Shown: piece after piece, positions 1 through 12,200 of the stretch
Numbering within the stretch: the first letter of the stretch is position 1
Layout: each line of letters starts with the position of its first letter
The notes under the pieces: model-generated
What the model saw: the letters and a program-made list of their open reading frames with translations, nothing else
The model's database searches: none
What the model was told of the DNA's origin: nothing
Translations under genes and position numbers: made by a program
NCBI RefSeq assembly: GCF_006345805.1
Contig: NC_042998.1
Location: forward strand, 134,478,001 to 134,542,000
Source: Octopus sinensis
Taxonomy: Eukaryota
Length of the DNA stretch: 64,000 bases
Direction of reading: 5' to 3'

Positions 1-394
1 CTTATCTTGTCATCTCACGCTAATAGAAAACAAATGTCGCCGTCGTACAAACGGTGTCGTTTGTATGCAATCTTCGGTGGACTTCTGTTTTACGTACACA
101 CGGGAATTCACACGACTATAAAAAAGGGGAATTTTTTTTTTTAATGTTTCGAATTTTTCGGGGATCTTTACCTTTTGACCAACAGATTTAAAAAATACTT
201 TTTTGTAACTAAACACCTTCAAACTGGTAGAATGTGTCACATAAAACATCTTTTACTCTTGTAAATTCTGTATTTTGGAAGTTATTTCGTGTTAATGTTG
301 TCGTATTTCGGTAATTTCAACCAATCAATGACGTGTATTCAGCTGAATAAAATTACTGCAGTGGTTTGTCAACAACAACTATCGGCGGTGTATT

Positions 395-625
395 TTTCGT
401 TTGTCACTGTTATTTATGACATCGTTCGTGCGTTTGTACTGGTTTTAGCTTTAAGGTTTTAAGGTTAGGGTTTTAGGGCTAGGGTTAGAGTTACGGAAAA
501 AAATGAAAAATGAAGCACGAACGATTATGGTGGTGTCATGAAGTAAACATGCTTCAGATACACTCGTTTATTCATACAAAAGTAACTGAGATTAAATATT
601 TTATAAATAACAGTGACAAACGAAA
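395..625. repeat. Inverted-repeat-bounded segment containing a degenerate TTAGGG-like tract, probably part of a non-autonomous DNA element
   Basis: Perfect 23-bp inverted repeat TTTCGTTTGTCACTGTTATTTAT (395-417) / ATAAATAACAGTGACAAACGAAA (603-625). Inner 11-bp inverted repeat ATCGTTCGTGC/GCACGAACGAT. Tract GGTTTTAAGGTTAGGGTTTTAGGGCTAGGGTTAG at ~455-490. Confidence 0.6.
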
Positions 626-1357
626 TAAGGAAAATTTTTTAAAGTTTTCGAATTAAAAAAAAAATTATTGCTTCGAATTTTTTTTTTTTAATACGGACTG
701 TTTCGAATTTTTGGCTTAAATCCCAGCAATAGACTATTAAATGTGTTTATGGGGCGATAGATATTGAAAAACATCAATATGTCGGAGTGACAAAGAAACG
801 AGGACGGTATGAGGTGGTTGTGAAATGTGCTAAAAAAAGTAACAACTAAATTCTCCTTAAATTACACGATTTTTTTTCCTTTTTAGTTTTTGCAGAGTCA
901 TGAATTCACGAGTGTAGAACACAAATTCGTAAAGATTTTCTGAAAATTCCCAAAAAAAAAATATGATGAGGGGCTATATGCGTGCGCAAAACAGAATTCC
1001 GCCCAGTCTCCTACGAAAACTGTCCGGACTAAGGAAAAAATAGTTACCCTCCTTGGAAATAGGTGCGAGTTACCGACAGGAAGAACAACAGGTGGCAAAA
1101 AAAAAAAAAAAAACAGAAAAGAAATCAACGAATTTTGTCTGACCCATGCAGTCATGGAAATGTAGACGTTAAAACAATGATGATGATGTTGATGATGATA
1201 ATGATGATATGAAGTTGTACATACTACACATACACACACACAATCTATGTATGTGTAAATATATGCGTGTGTGTATTTGCGCAGGCGTGTGTAAATATAT
1301 GGGCAGTTCTACATTCATACATAATAAAGAACCACAGTCTAAAAATACACACACAAT

Positions 1358-1371
1358 CGCGCGCGCGAAAA
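1358..1371 (-). promoter_or_regulatory. Candidate E2F-type site in the CpG-richer region upstream of the first gene
   Basis: Minus strand reads TTTTCGCGCGCGCG, matching the TTTSSCGC consensus, ~0.9 kb upstream of the ATG at 2249. Motif match only. Confidence 0.25.
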
Positions 1372-2248
1372 TGTGAATATCCTGTTTCTCTTACAACTTG
1401 TCTAGTTATCTCCCCACTCCATTTTCACGCCAATCCACCAGGTGTCGCGGTAGCATTTTTTAATATATAAACCAAGCCGAGTCACTGTTAATTATTTGTT
1501 CTACTTTTCTGTAGCTGGATGATCAATGCATTAACTGCTACGCTTGTTAGAGATAGATGCACGTTTTTAGCTTAGTCCTCGAGTCTTGTTATATTTTTTA
1601 CAAGTCAAATACAATAATACGGCATATCTATCAATCAATAACTTGATTAACTGGCATTTATTTTGCTTTTAACTAAATTAATAACATCTAACCCCTTTTC
1701 ACACACGAACACTATAAAATCCCAGCGTACTTTTCTCAAATAAGCAACCGCCCGTATAGTAAACAAAGCAAGTGGTTTCGGTTTCTACAGTTGCTGAGGT
1801 TTTAAATCTACTTTAGTTGCTATTTTTATTATTTTATTTTATGTGCTGAGTTTAAAAGGGACGCTGATCGTATCCTTTGTTTACATTTTCTCCTCTTTAC
1901 CGGTAACATTCATTCGGTTACAGGTTTGATCGATGCTTCGTTAATAATAGCTATTGTGTAAACTTTTATATTTTTATTATCATTAACACCATTCGTGCAA
2001 ACAGAAATCTTCATCCCTAATGTTTTACCAGCAAGATATATAAATTCAAACTGAGGATACTTTTTCTTAACAACTCTAAAACAAAGAAATACACCTGTTG
2101 TACATATATAAATATTTCTATTTATGTTCACTACTTAAATACCATCTCGCTTATATTTCTTCATACCCAGAACTGTTAGAGGACCCACGCATGTTTTGTT
2201 AAGAATCTTTTAATCGATATTTTTAATAATATTAACACAGTTACCAAT

Positions 2249-2344
2249 ATGTACGATCTCAAGCGTAAATCGTGTGTTTTATCGAGCTGCGATACTTTTG
2301 CTGGAGACAACAATACCAGGAATGGGGACTTCACTACTTTGGCT
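2249..2344 (+). CDS. Coding exon 1 of the C10orf143-like gene (32 aa)
   Basis: ATG at 2249, open frame to GCT|GTAAGT donor at 2345. An acceptor-like ATTAACACAG at 2231-2240 suggests an upstream non-coding exon. Its link to the exon 29 kb away rests on phase compatibility and the KRK...AKKQR basic motif. Confidence 0.6.
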
Positions 2345-2632
2345 GTAAGTAGAAAAAACAATTTTATCTTTATTCCTTCCGATTTTTATTGTTAATTTAT
2401 CTTCATTCTTCGTGTGCATTTTATGCGTAAGCTCGGAAATAAAAATTATCCAAACGAGGGGTAGACCGAAAGCTTCTCTTCAGGCTAAGGATACCTTGAT
2501 TACATGAAGTTTACATTGTCGTTAGGAGATCCTGTGTTAACACGCAGGGTATTCGATCTATATATTTAAAGGCGAAAGTCAGGTGTAAGCACCCCTACCC
2601 CGCCTTTTTCCCCCCTCAAAAATACCGCCTAT

Positions 2633-2716
<84 letters not shown>

Positions 2717-5700
2717 CAAGCATTGTTTTAAAAGCTTTAGGTGAACTCCGATCCAGATGATACTTTTCGGCTGTGAACAAACAATTTTAGTCATCGGCCC
2801 AAGTCATAATACATTATAGACCCCAGCAGTCCCCAGGCAGCTTGTGCTGCGTGCCCATACTGCAAAACTGCAGGACCCTTCTTATCCAACACATCGTTAG
2901 CTTTCTAAGACAATAGAGTGGGAGATTTGTAGCAAGTCGAGCGTCAGCGTAAAATTGCTTTTGTTGACATGTGTTTACATCCGAGTTTCCGTAAAACTGG
3001 AAAATGATCTTATTTTCACGCTTTCTTACTCTTCTATAATTCTGAGTCTTGTTCCCAAACAAAAATAAATCCATATTTAACGGCGGAGGTAAAGAATACT
3101 TATACTACCCGTTTTCGGCGTAACAAAAACCCTAATCACCCGGGTGTGCGTATTCTTTACTGTAGCCAATTTAACAGTAAAGAAACAATGTGCTGAGCAA
3201 CGTGCAGATTGTTGATATATCAACTTGGTTCCAGCCATACCTTTTCTACTTTAGGCACAAGGCCCAAAATTTTGGTGGAGGAGCCAGTCGATTAGATCGA
3301 TCCCCAGTACGCAACTGGTACTTAATTTATCGACGCCGCGAGGATGAAAGGCAAAGTTGAACTCAGAACGTAAACAAAGACGAAATACCGCTAACCACTT
3401 CGCCTGGCGTGCTAACGTTTCCGCCAGCTCGCCGCCTTTTGGTTCCAGTCGTATCGTCAACGGTTATATCAACTTGGCTCCAGTTATATCGCGAATATCC
3501 TTTCACCATTGTGGTTGTTTGAAACTCTGTATGGGATATTCAGAAAAAGAGGCCAGGTGTTTTTAAATGCATAAAAAAAAAATTTTAACTGGATAAAGGA
3601 CTCGTACATATGTTAATCTGCTATTATAATTTGTTGAGAGTGACATCAAAGTTTTATTAGCAGTTGATTACTTAAACTTTTGGACAAGCCACTGCCAACA
3701 AATCTTCCAAGTCAATGCCTATAAATTATATACATATTCGTTCTACGTCTATTTTCCACACACACACACACACATCAAGATGATGGACCAAAATAACAAA
3801 AGGGCATTGAAGTAGGGTTAGCATAGATGGCATGCAGTTAAAGGATTGTGTAATGACAAGTGAGGGGTGTCCTCTCCTAAGTGCAATAACTACAGAAGTT
3901 CTTGAGTTTATAATTAAGAGGTCTAAAATTAAAACCTAGCAAAGACAAAAAGTCTTAGTAAGAATGAACATGGAATTTTTCTGCTATCTAAAAAATGACC
4001 AAGCTTCATATACAGAGAAGGATTTGGTAAAAATTCTATACTGTGTATCCACTGTAAATTTGGGGTGCACAAGAGATGGGCTGTGGATTCTTCTTCTTTA
4101 CCTAATGATATTTGAAAACTTTTTTGAAAGGCCTGTTTATGCAGGTTTTTCAGATTGAGTTACAGGTGTCCCTTTTCACTCTCACCTTCAGAATGCACTG
4201 AACTAAAGATTGACCAGTTGGAAGCCATTCCTTCACCTAACTGTGTTCGGCAGAAACGTTAGCACGCCGGGCGAAATGCGTAGCCGTATTTCGTCTGCCG
4301 TTACGTTCTGAGTTCAAATTCCGCCGAGGTCAATTTTGCCTTTCATCCTTTCTGGGTCGATTAAATAAGTACCAGTTACACACTGGGGTCGATGTAATCG
4401 ACTTAATCCATTTGTCTGTCCTTGTTTGTCCCCTCTGTGTTTAGCCCCTTGTGGGTAGTAAAAAAATAGGTATTCTTGGAATGTTTTTTCTTATTATTAT
4501 GAAGAGCTCAGTACTTATGCTTTATAAAAGCACTTTTCTATTTTGATGACGGGATCTGATGTTGCCAAGGACTGTATTGGAGCATGATGCAGCTCTTGGA
4601 CACATTGTATCCTGTGAAACTGTCCAACTCAAGCCAGCATGGAGCATGGACAATAAATGATGATGATGATGAAAAGGAATTTTTTTCTTAAATCTAATAT
4701 AATAAATGCAAAAACTAATTTGTGTGCCAGTGTGTCACACTTTGACCCCACTCTCTCTGTTTAATGACACTTTACTATTCCTCATGCTGGGGTGAGAGTA
4801 ATAGTAAGCATAAAGACAGTCAGGGCAATGGTGAAGACAGAGAGAGAAAGTATGAAAAAGAGAAGGAGAGAAAGAGAGACAATAAAATTTAGGGAAAGTT
4901 GATTCTTTATTAAAAGTAGTAGTGTTGATGATGGCAGTGGGAGTAATAATAAGAAAGAAAGAAAGAGGGACTGAACACTGATGGTAATGGGGTGATAGTA
5001 ATAGTATGAGCTGTTATTGTGATAGAGGCAGAGGTAGCAGTGATGATGATGGTGGTGGTGGTAGCCAAGGTGACGGGGATGACGGTGAGAGTAAGCAATG
5101 TGAAAGACAGAGGTGGTGGTGGTGGCGTCAGAAGTCTGAATGGTGTATATGGAGGAGATGGTGGTGGTACTGTTGTTTATCCTGCAGCTTTGCAATAAGT
5201 TCCAAGTTGACAAACTATGTCATTGTTTTAATGAAAATTGTTCATTGTTTGAAAGATATTGTTCAAGTTTGATAAAATTTAATATGTATTCAATGCATGA
5301 AGTTTCATTGTTGGGCCCAAGGCCCAAAAGAAGAGCCCTCCGCAGCAGCTAGCTTAAAAACCACCTGAAATCGGTATCAAACTCACTGGTCATGGGCACT
5401 GCCCTTCCCTCCCAGCTCAAAAATTAAATAAATAAATAAATAAAGGTATGGTATAGCTGTGAATGAAGTAGATGAAAGCATATATGACAGTAATAATCTT
5501 TCCATTTATGACTGCGTGGTCAGCACTTTAATCTCACAGCCATAGTGGCTCATTAACTTTGCCTTTGTTCATCAGTAATAGTCAGCACTTAATTTCTAAC
5601 CTCATATTATTGTTGGTTTAAGTAGTCATATTATGTTACAAACATTTGATTTGTGGTGAATATGTTAACTGATTGTAATTGTTGAGTACAAGTGTCTGGA

Positions 5701-7728
5701 TATATTTTGAATATCCTACATTATGAGAGAACATCCATGGCAAACAATTTAGAGAGATATAGAGTGATGTTAAGAAAAAAGTATACAAGATAGAAGCCTG
5801 AATGATGTTTGAGAGACAAGGTTCTCGAAAGGGTGACGCTGGGAAGCTATTGTTGATAGTCATAAGTTTTTTGAAGAGTTTTAGATTGTCAGATAAGCTT
5901 TCTAATGGTCATCTCTCCCCCATACATCTTGCTAACCCATTAATAGTTTCCATTGCTGCATGAAAGAGGTAGACCTAGGAAGATGTAGAATGAAGTGGTG
6001 AGAAAGGATCTTTGGATGCTGGGCCTCACTGAGGAAATGACGAAGGACCTGGAGTTGTGGTGATTTGCTGTATTTGAAAAGATGCATCAAGCTAAGTAAA
6101 ATTGCTGTCCTCCATACATACAGGTTTGTCCTTTCAGGTGCCAGTACCACATAAAATGCACCCATGCTGGTACTGTATAAACACACCTGTACCAATGGCA
6201 TATGAGAGAGGAACAGCACACTCTGTAAAGTGGTTGGCATTAGGAAGGGTATCCAAAACAGATGTTTAATGATAAGTTTGTGGTGTGCCTTTTTTTTTGA
6301 TGCCCATGTGTTGACTACTGTGTCTCTAGCAGTGACCAGCCAGTTTCATTCATTTGACTGCTATTTTCTTGTTCAGCCTTAGTTGCTTATTCTGCAGATA
6401 CTCCAGCATTGTGCTGTAATATCCTTTGCATGGCAGGCTCCTGGGACTAGCATTGAAAATGAACTCAACAATCATATAGAAGCTGAGCTTGCTATGTTGG
6501 GGTTAGGTTGGAATTTCACTTTCAGAGCCCTAAGTGCAAGCATCTTTATCATTTTGAAGTTTTACTCTAATGCAATGGTTCTCAATCAGGAACCATATGG
6601 CTCCTGAGGTTCCATATAAGATTTTGGCTGGGTCCACATAACAAAATAGTAAATTGAGGATCCACAGTAGTATTTTAAGAGCCCTCTGAAAAAATTTTGC
6701 TTTAGATGTATGTGTTGGTATATACTGCAAGAAACAGCTAGGTTTCTTTGTCTAATGTCTTCAACCTGCACAAGTTAATGTGTGAAAAACTAATTTGGAA
6801 AAAAGTTTCTATAAAACTAGTTTTCAAACATCAAATGGCTATGGGGATTCACCAGTATAAGATAGTAATCAAAAGGGGTCCATGAATAAAAAATGGTTGA
6901 AAATCCCTCTCCTAATGGCTTTTATTTAGTTATCTACTTTGTTGAATGAATAAGTCCTTCATAAAAAATTTAAAAAGTAACATGAATCAATATTGTGACA
7001 AAATTCATTTCTCTTTCAATGGTGAACATAATTATAGTTAGATTCATTTACTAAAAGTAAAATATTTTACTTTTCGTTAATGATTCTAACTATATGTTCA
7101 CCGCAAATGGTTACAATCCACTGAATGAACCTAGTTAATGGGAATATGAAATTATGATCAGATACTAAAAGATCTATATATAAATTATTATTGGTACTGC
7201 CATAGAAGAGGGTTTTTTGGGTTTTTTCGCCAAGCAAGAAGGGTCCTCGATCCACTTGGAACTGTTTCAGTTACATTGTAAAAATTAGATAAGTAAATAA
7301 ATAAAATTGTTGAAAGGAAAGACATAAACATCACAACCTCTCCCAAGTTTCTCTGTGAATGTAAGATCTCATGTATACATAAGATTGGTTTTTATTAAGC
7401 GGGGAGTGTCATAGGGAAGTTAGATGACTGATAAGCCTGACTTTAATCTAATTTAGGCCCACAGCCTGATTTGATTTCAGTTCTTGAATATAGCTATTTT
7501 GTTGGTAAAATGTAATATATATATTCTAACATTGTTAGAATTCTTATTTCTCATTGCCATTCTGAAAAGAATTTCCCCATACTCTGAAATTTTACACACA
7601 CATAAAAACATGTTTACATGCATACAAACAAAACAACTAATGTTATAATGTTGTTATTCTTCCTTTATAACTTACACACACATATATACATTCATGTATG
7701 TATGAATGTACATGAGTGTATGTGTTTT

Positions 7729-7765
<37 letters not shown>

Positions 7766-9162
7766 GGCTGTGTGGTAAGTAGCTTGCTTACCAACCACAT
7801 GGTTCTGGGCTCAGTCTCACTGCATGGCACCTTGGGCAAGTGTCTTCTACTATAGCCTTGAGCTGGCCAAAGTCTTGTGAGTGGATTTGGTAGATGGAAA
7901 CTGAAAGAAGCTCACCATATATATGTATATAATGACTACTCGAAACAGCTGTAAACCAAATTTGCTCAAATACTGGAATTATATGTAATGACCTTGTTTT
8001 ATATATATATGTATATTCTTTTACTTGTTTCAGTCATTTGAGTGTAGCTATGCTGGAGCACCGCCTTTAGTTGACCAAATCAACCCCAGGACTTATTCTT
8101 TGTAAACCTAGTACTTATTCTGTTGCTCTCTTTTGCCAAACCACTAAGTTATGGGCACGTAAACATACCAGCATTGGTTGTCAAGCGATGATGGGGGGAC
8201 AAACACACACACATACATATATATATATAATGGTATTTTTATATAAGCTTAAACCATTCACACCTATATATATATATACATATATGTGTGTGTTTGTCCC
8301 CCACAACATCGCTTGACACCCGATGGTGGTGTGTTTACGTCCCCATAACTTAGCAGTTTGGCAAAAGTGACCTCGACTAAAGGTGGTGCTCCATCATGGC
8401 TACACTCAAATGACTGAAACAAGTAAAAGAATATATATATATGTATGTATATATAGGCACAGGAGTGGCTGTGTGATAAGTAGCTTGCTTACCAACCACA
8501 TGGTTCCAGGTTCAGTCCCACTGCATGGCACCTTGGGCAAGTGTCTTCTACTATAGCCTCGGGCTGACCAAAGCCTTGTGAGTGGATTTGGTTGACAGAA
8601 ATTGAAAGAAGCCCATCATATATATATATATATATATATGTGTATGTATGTGTGAGTGTTTTTATGTCTGTGTTTGTCCCTTCACCCCCACTATCGCTTG
8701 ACAACCGATGCTGGTGTGTTTATGTCCCTGTAAGCTAGCGGTTCAGTAAAAGAGACTGATAGAATAAGTACTAGGCTTACAAAGAATAAGTCCTGGGATC
8801 AATTCATTTGACTAAAGGCAGTGCTCCAGCATGGCCACAGTCAAAAGATTGAAACAAATAAATGATAAATAAAAGAATATATATATATAAAATCACAATA
8901 AGGTTGAAAACAATTGAATATTAATGAATAACATCAATTTAAAACACCAAGTGGCCTAGCGTAAAAGAACTGGGATACAGTAAAAATTATTAATACAAGT
9001 AATAAGAGAGAGAGACCACATGTAGTCACTCTAACGCTAGAAATAGATCCGCAAAGAGAATCGACCACTAAAGAATTATTCTCAAGCATTAATTCAACAC
9101 GCCAAGAATGTAAACGGGCAGGACAAATGAAAAATAACAAAAAAATAGATTAACTCTATACA

Positions 9163-9204
<42 letters not shown>

Positions 9205-12200
9205 ATATATATAAAATTATTTTTATCTTTTACACCTTATGCAGAATTTATTTCTCTGATGCAGACAATAACTATTTTTATACAACTTGAAGAATTCTAA
9301 TGTTAAATTAATGTAAATGTTTCAAATTTACTGGCAAAATTAGTTTAAGACCATGTAATATGTATGCAAATTTTTTTGCCAGAATGGGAGGTCACACAAC
9401 TTGCTTAACTGCACTATATAGTTTTATAATTTAACGTTATTATACAATTGATTAATAATGGGAAAACAACGTAGCCTTAGTCCAGTCACGAGAGCAAAAA
9501 AATCATATTACTCCACCAGCAAAAAGTTTCCTTTTCGAACATCAGCAAGCAACTAAAGTGCAGTAAAACGGCTTGCTTGCAAGTGTGGAGGTTATACTTG
9601 GAGACTGATCAATATAAAGATTGGCAAAGGACTGGTGCCCCAAGAAAAATGACAGCACAGTTGGACCGTCGAATCTACCGACTTTTGGAATGCAACTGAA
9701 TGCTGACAGCTATTGACATTTATAAACCATGAGAATGGTGTTCTTTTTACACCACAAACCATCTGCAACCATTTGAGAAAATTTGGACTACATGGACGAA
9801 TTGCTTATATAAACATGGTTTAAGCTTATATAAAAATACCATTATATATATATGTGTGTTTGTCCCCCCATCATCGCTTGACACCTACATTGCTAATCTC
9901 AAAACGTGATGTAACTGATACAATTTATAACACATTAAACAAAACAAATAAGTTTTCCTAAGATGCAAGTGTCTGTTTCCTAATTAGGCTCCTATAAATC
10001 TTATGGTGGTATTGGTGGTGGATGGATGAAAGGATGTTGTAATAATGATAGTGAAATTTGATAAAGGAAAATGATAGAGTACTATCTTTATAATTAAGAT
10101 TGTGAAACTAGTTTATAATTAGGTATTATCAGTTAGTTGTTTCTTCACTGACAAACATTCCATGCCAGCATGGAAAGGAAAAATGAAAACATTGAAATGT
10201 TGAAAGTATTTATTAGAGGCAAAGATATACTGAAGTAGCTACTATCAGGGCTTGTATCTTGGAATGCAAACCAGTTCTTTACACTTAACTTGTCAGAGGC
10301 TAACATCTGCTCTATAGTCCTTGATAAATGCTGAATTTCAATGCCAGAGTGTTTTGTAACTTTTTGAGAAGGGGAAAATAGATAAAACTGAAAGAATTTT
10401 AAAATTTAGATTCCAAAAACTACCTTTGAATTTGTTGATGTAAAAACTAGAAATAAAAGAAGACTAAGTGAAAACTTCAGAACAAAAGTGCTTATTATTG
10501 ACCATTTAGTGATACCATATGATCTTAGAGTGCATGATATTAATGAATTGGGTTGATGCCATCACATCACTAAATTTAATATTTCCAGCATTTAAGGTGG
10601 TGAGTTGGCAGATTGTTACTGTGAAAGGGCATTTAGTCTGTCTTTATGTTCTGAGTTCAAATTCCACAGAGGCTGACTTTGCCTTTCATCCCTCCAGAAT
10701 CAATAAAATAAGTATCTGTTGAATACTGAGACCAATGTTATTGACTTATCCTTCCCTCAAAATTTTGGCCTTGTGCCAAAATTTGAAATCAATATTTCCT
10801 GCATTCACTCCACAAGGTTATCTCTATATATATAAAACTGAGAATGTGTGTCTGTCTGTCTGTGTGTTTCCCTAAAACTTGAGAACTACACAACCAATTT
10901 CATTAAAATTTTACACATGCCTTATTTAGGGTCCATGTAGTTTCATGGGCAAAAAAAATGTTCAACTTCTTGCCTAGGGCGAGCCCATAGCAATATCATA
11001 TCTTCTACACTATTTCAGTATTACGTGTTAAAAGTGAAACAAAAACATTTCTTTATTTTATGTCAGATACTTTCACTTTAACAAAAATTAGGGATAATAA
11101 TAACAATTGAATTATATGTAGTAAGTAATAATTAAACTCAAACAAAAGTATAATATAATCATAACATAACAAAAGTAAAAATAGCAATTGGTATAAAATT
11201 GCATCAATGACTTGAACTTGAATAAGTAATTTCACATGAATGGGAATAAATTAAAAATAAAATTAGCGTGCAGAAATGGAATAATCCAGATGGAGTTGTG
11301 CACATACCATTTACCAGGGCTTTTACATTAGATTATCTGCTAATTAGCTAGCATTAAGTATCTATATGATGTTTGGCTGTATGTAATGTCTGTTTTCTCG
11401 AACAGCCGCTTCTACTGAGTACTGCTGTTGGTTTATTTCTTATACATAAAGGACTATAGCTTCAACTGCATACTGCTTTTTGATTCACCGTAAGGTTTGT
11501 TGTTATTATTATTACTGTTTAACTATTGTTATCACGTTTGTTGGTTCCTCGTAAGAGAAACATTGTTGTGTTGCATTTGTTAAATAATTGTAAACTGTAA
11601 CCCTCCCCCTTTGGGAGAAGGAGCTTTGGTTATTTAAAAATTGAATTGTGTCCCTGTTTGGGGAAATTGACAATATTTTCACCATTTACACGGAAGCATT
11701 TTTGTTAGAATGCCTTCAATAGAAGAAAGTCCAAAAATGAATTTCACTGCAGCCGTCGGCGGGGCAAACTCATTAAAAATAAAATGGAAGAAATACAAAC
11801 CTATTTTGGATTGATCACCGACAAAGACGGTGAATCTAGGATAACACCACCAAACGAAATAAAAAATTAAATTAAAGAAAAGACTAATGTAGAGAAAAAA
11901 AAAGATTTGAACACCTGGAGGAAAGCACCATCGAAAAGTATTTTGGTGTGACTATGAAAGATATCTAACCAGAGGTGGTAAATTCACCACAATAGAAGCA
12001 AGGTTCAAGTCAACGGAGTGTGCAAGGGAGTACTTGACTCGAACCTTGCAAAGTGGAAATATTTTATTTTTACCTCTATATCTGGGACGTAGGACATCCC
12101 GGATAAAAATTTAAAATGTCCCCCCAGAAGTAGAGGTAGGCTGGATTGTAGCCACACTTCTATACAAGAGGGAGGACAAGATACAATTGATTGAAATTGC

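Noticed and set aside
4782-5352. His/Thr/Gly-rich ORFs of 62-143 aa
   Set aside because: Low-complexity GAT/GGT/GTA simple repeats with no splice or homology support.
8395-8432. SINE tail (family consensus CAGTC-AAAT-GACTG-AAACAAGTAAAAGA) resembling the 3' half of a hammerhead
   Set aside because: No CUGANGA box or stem I partner upstream in any copy.
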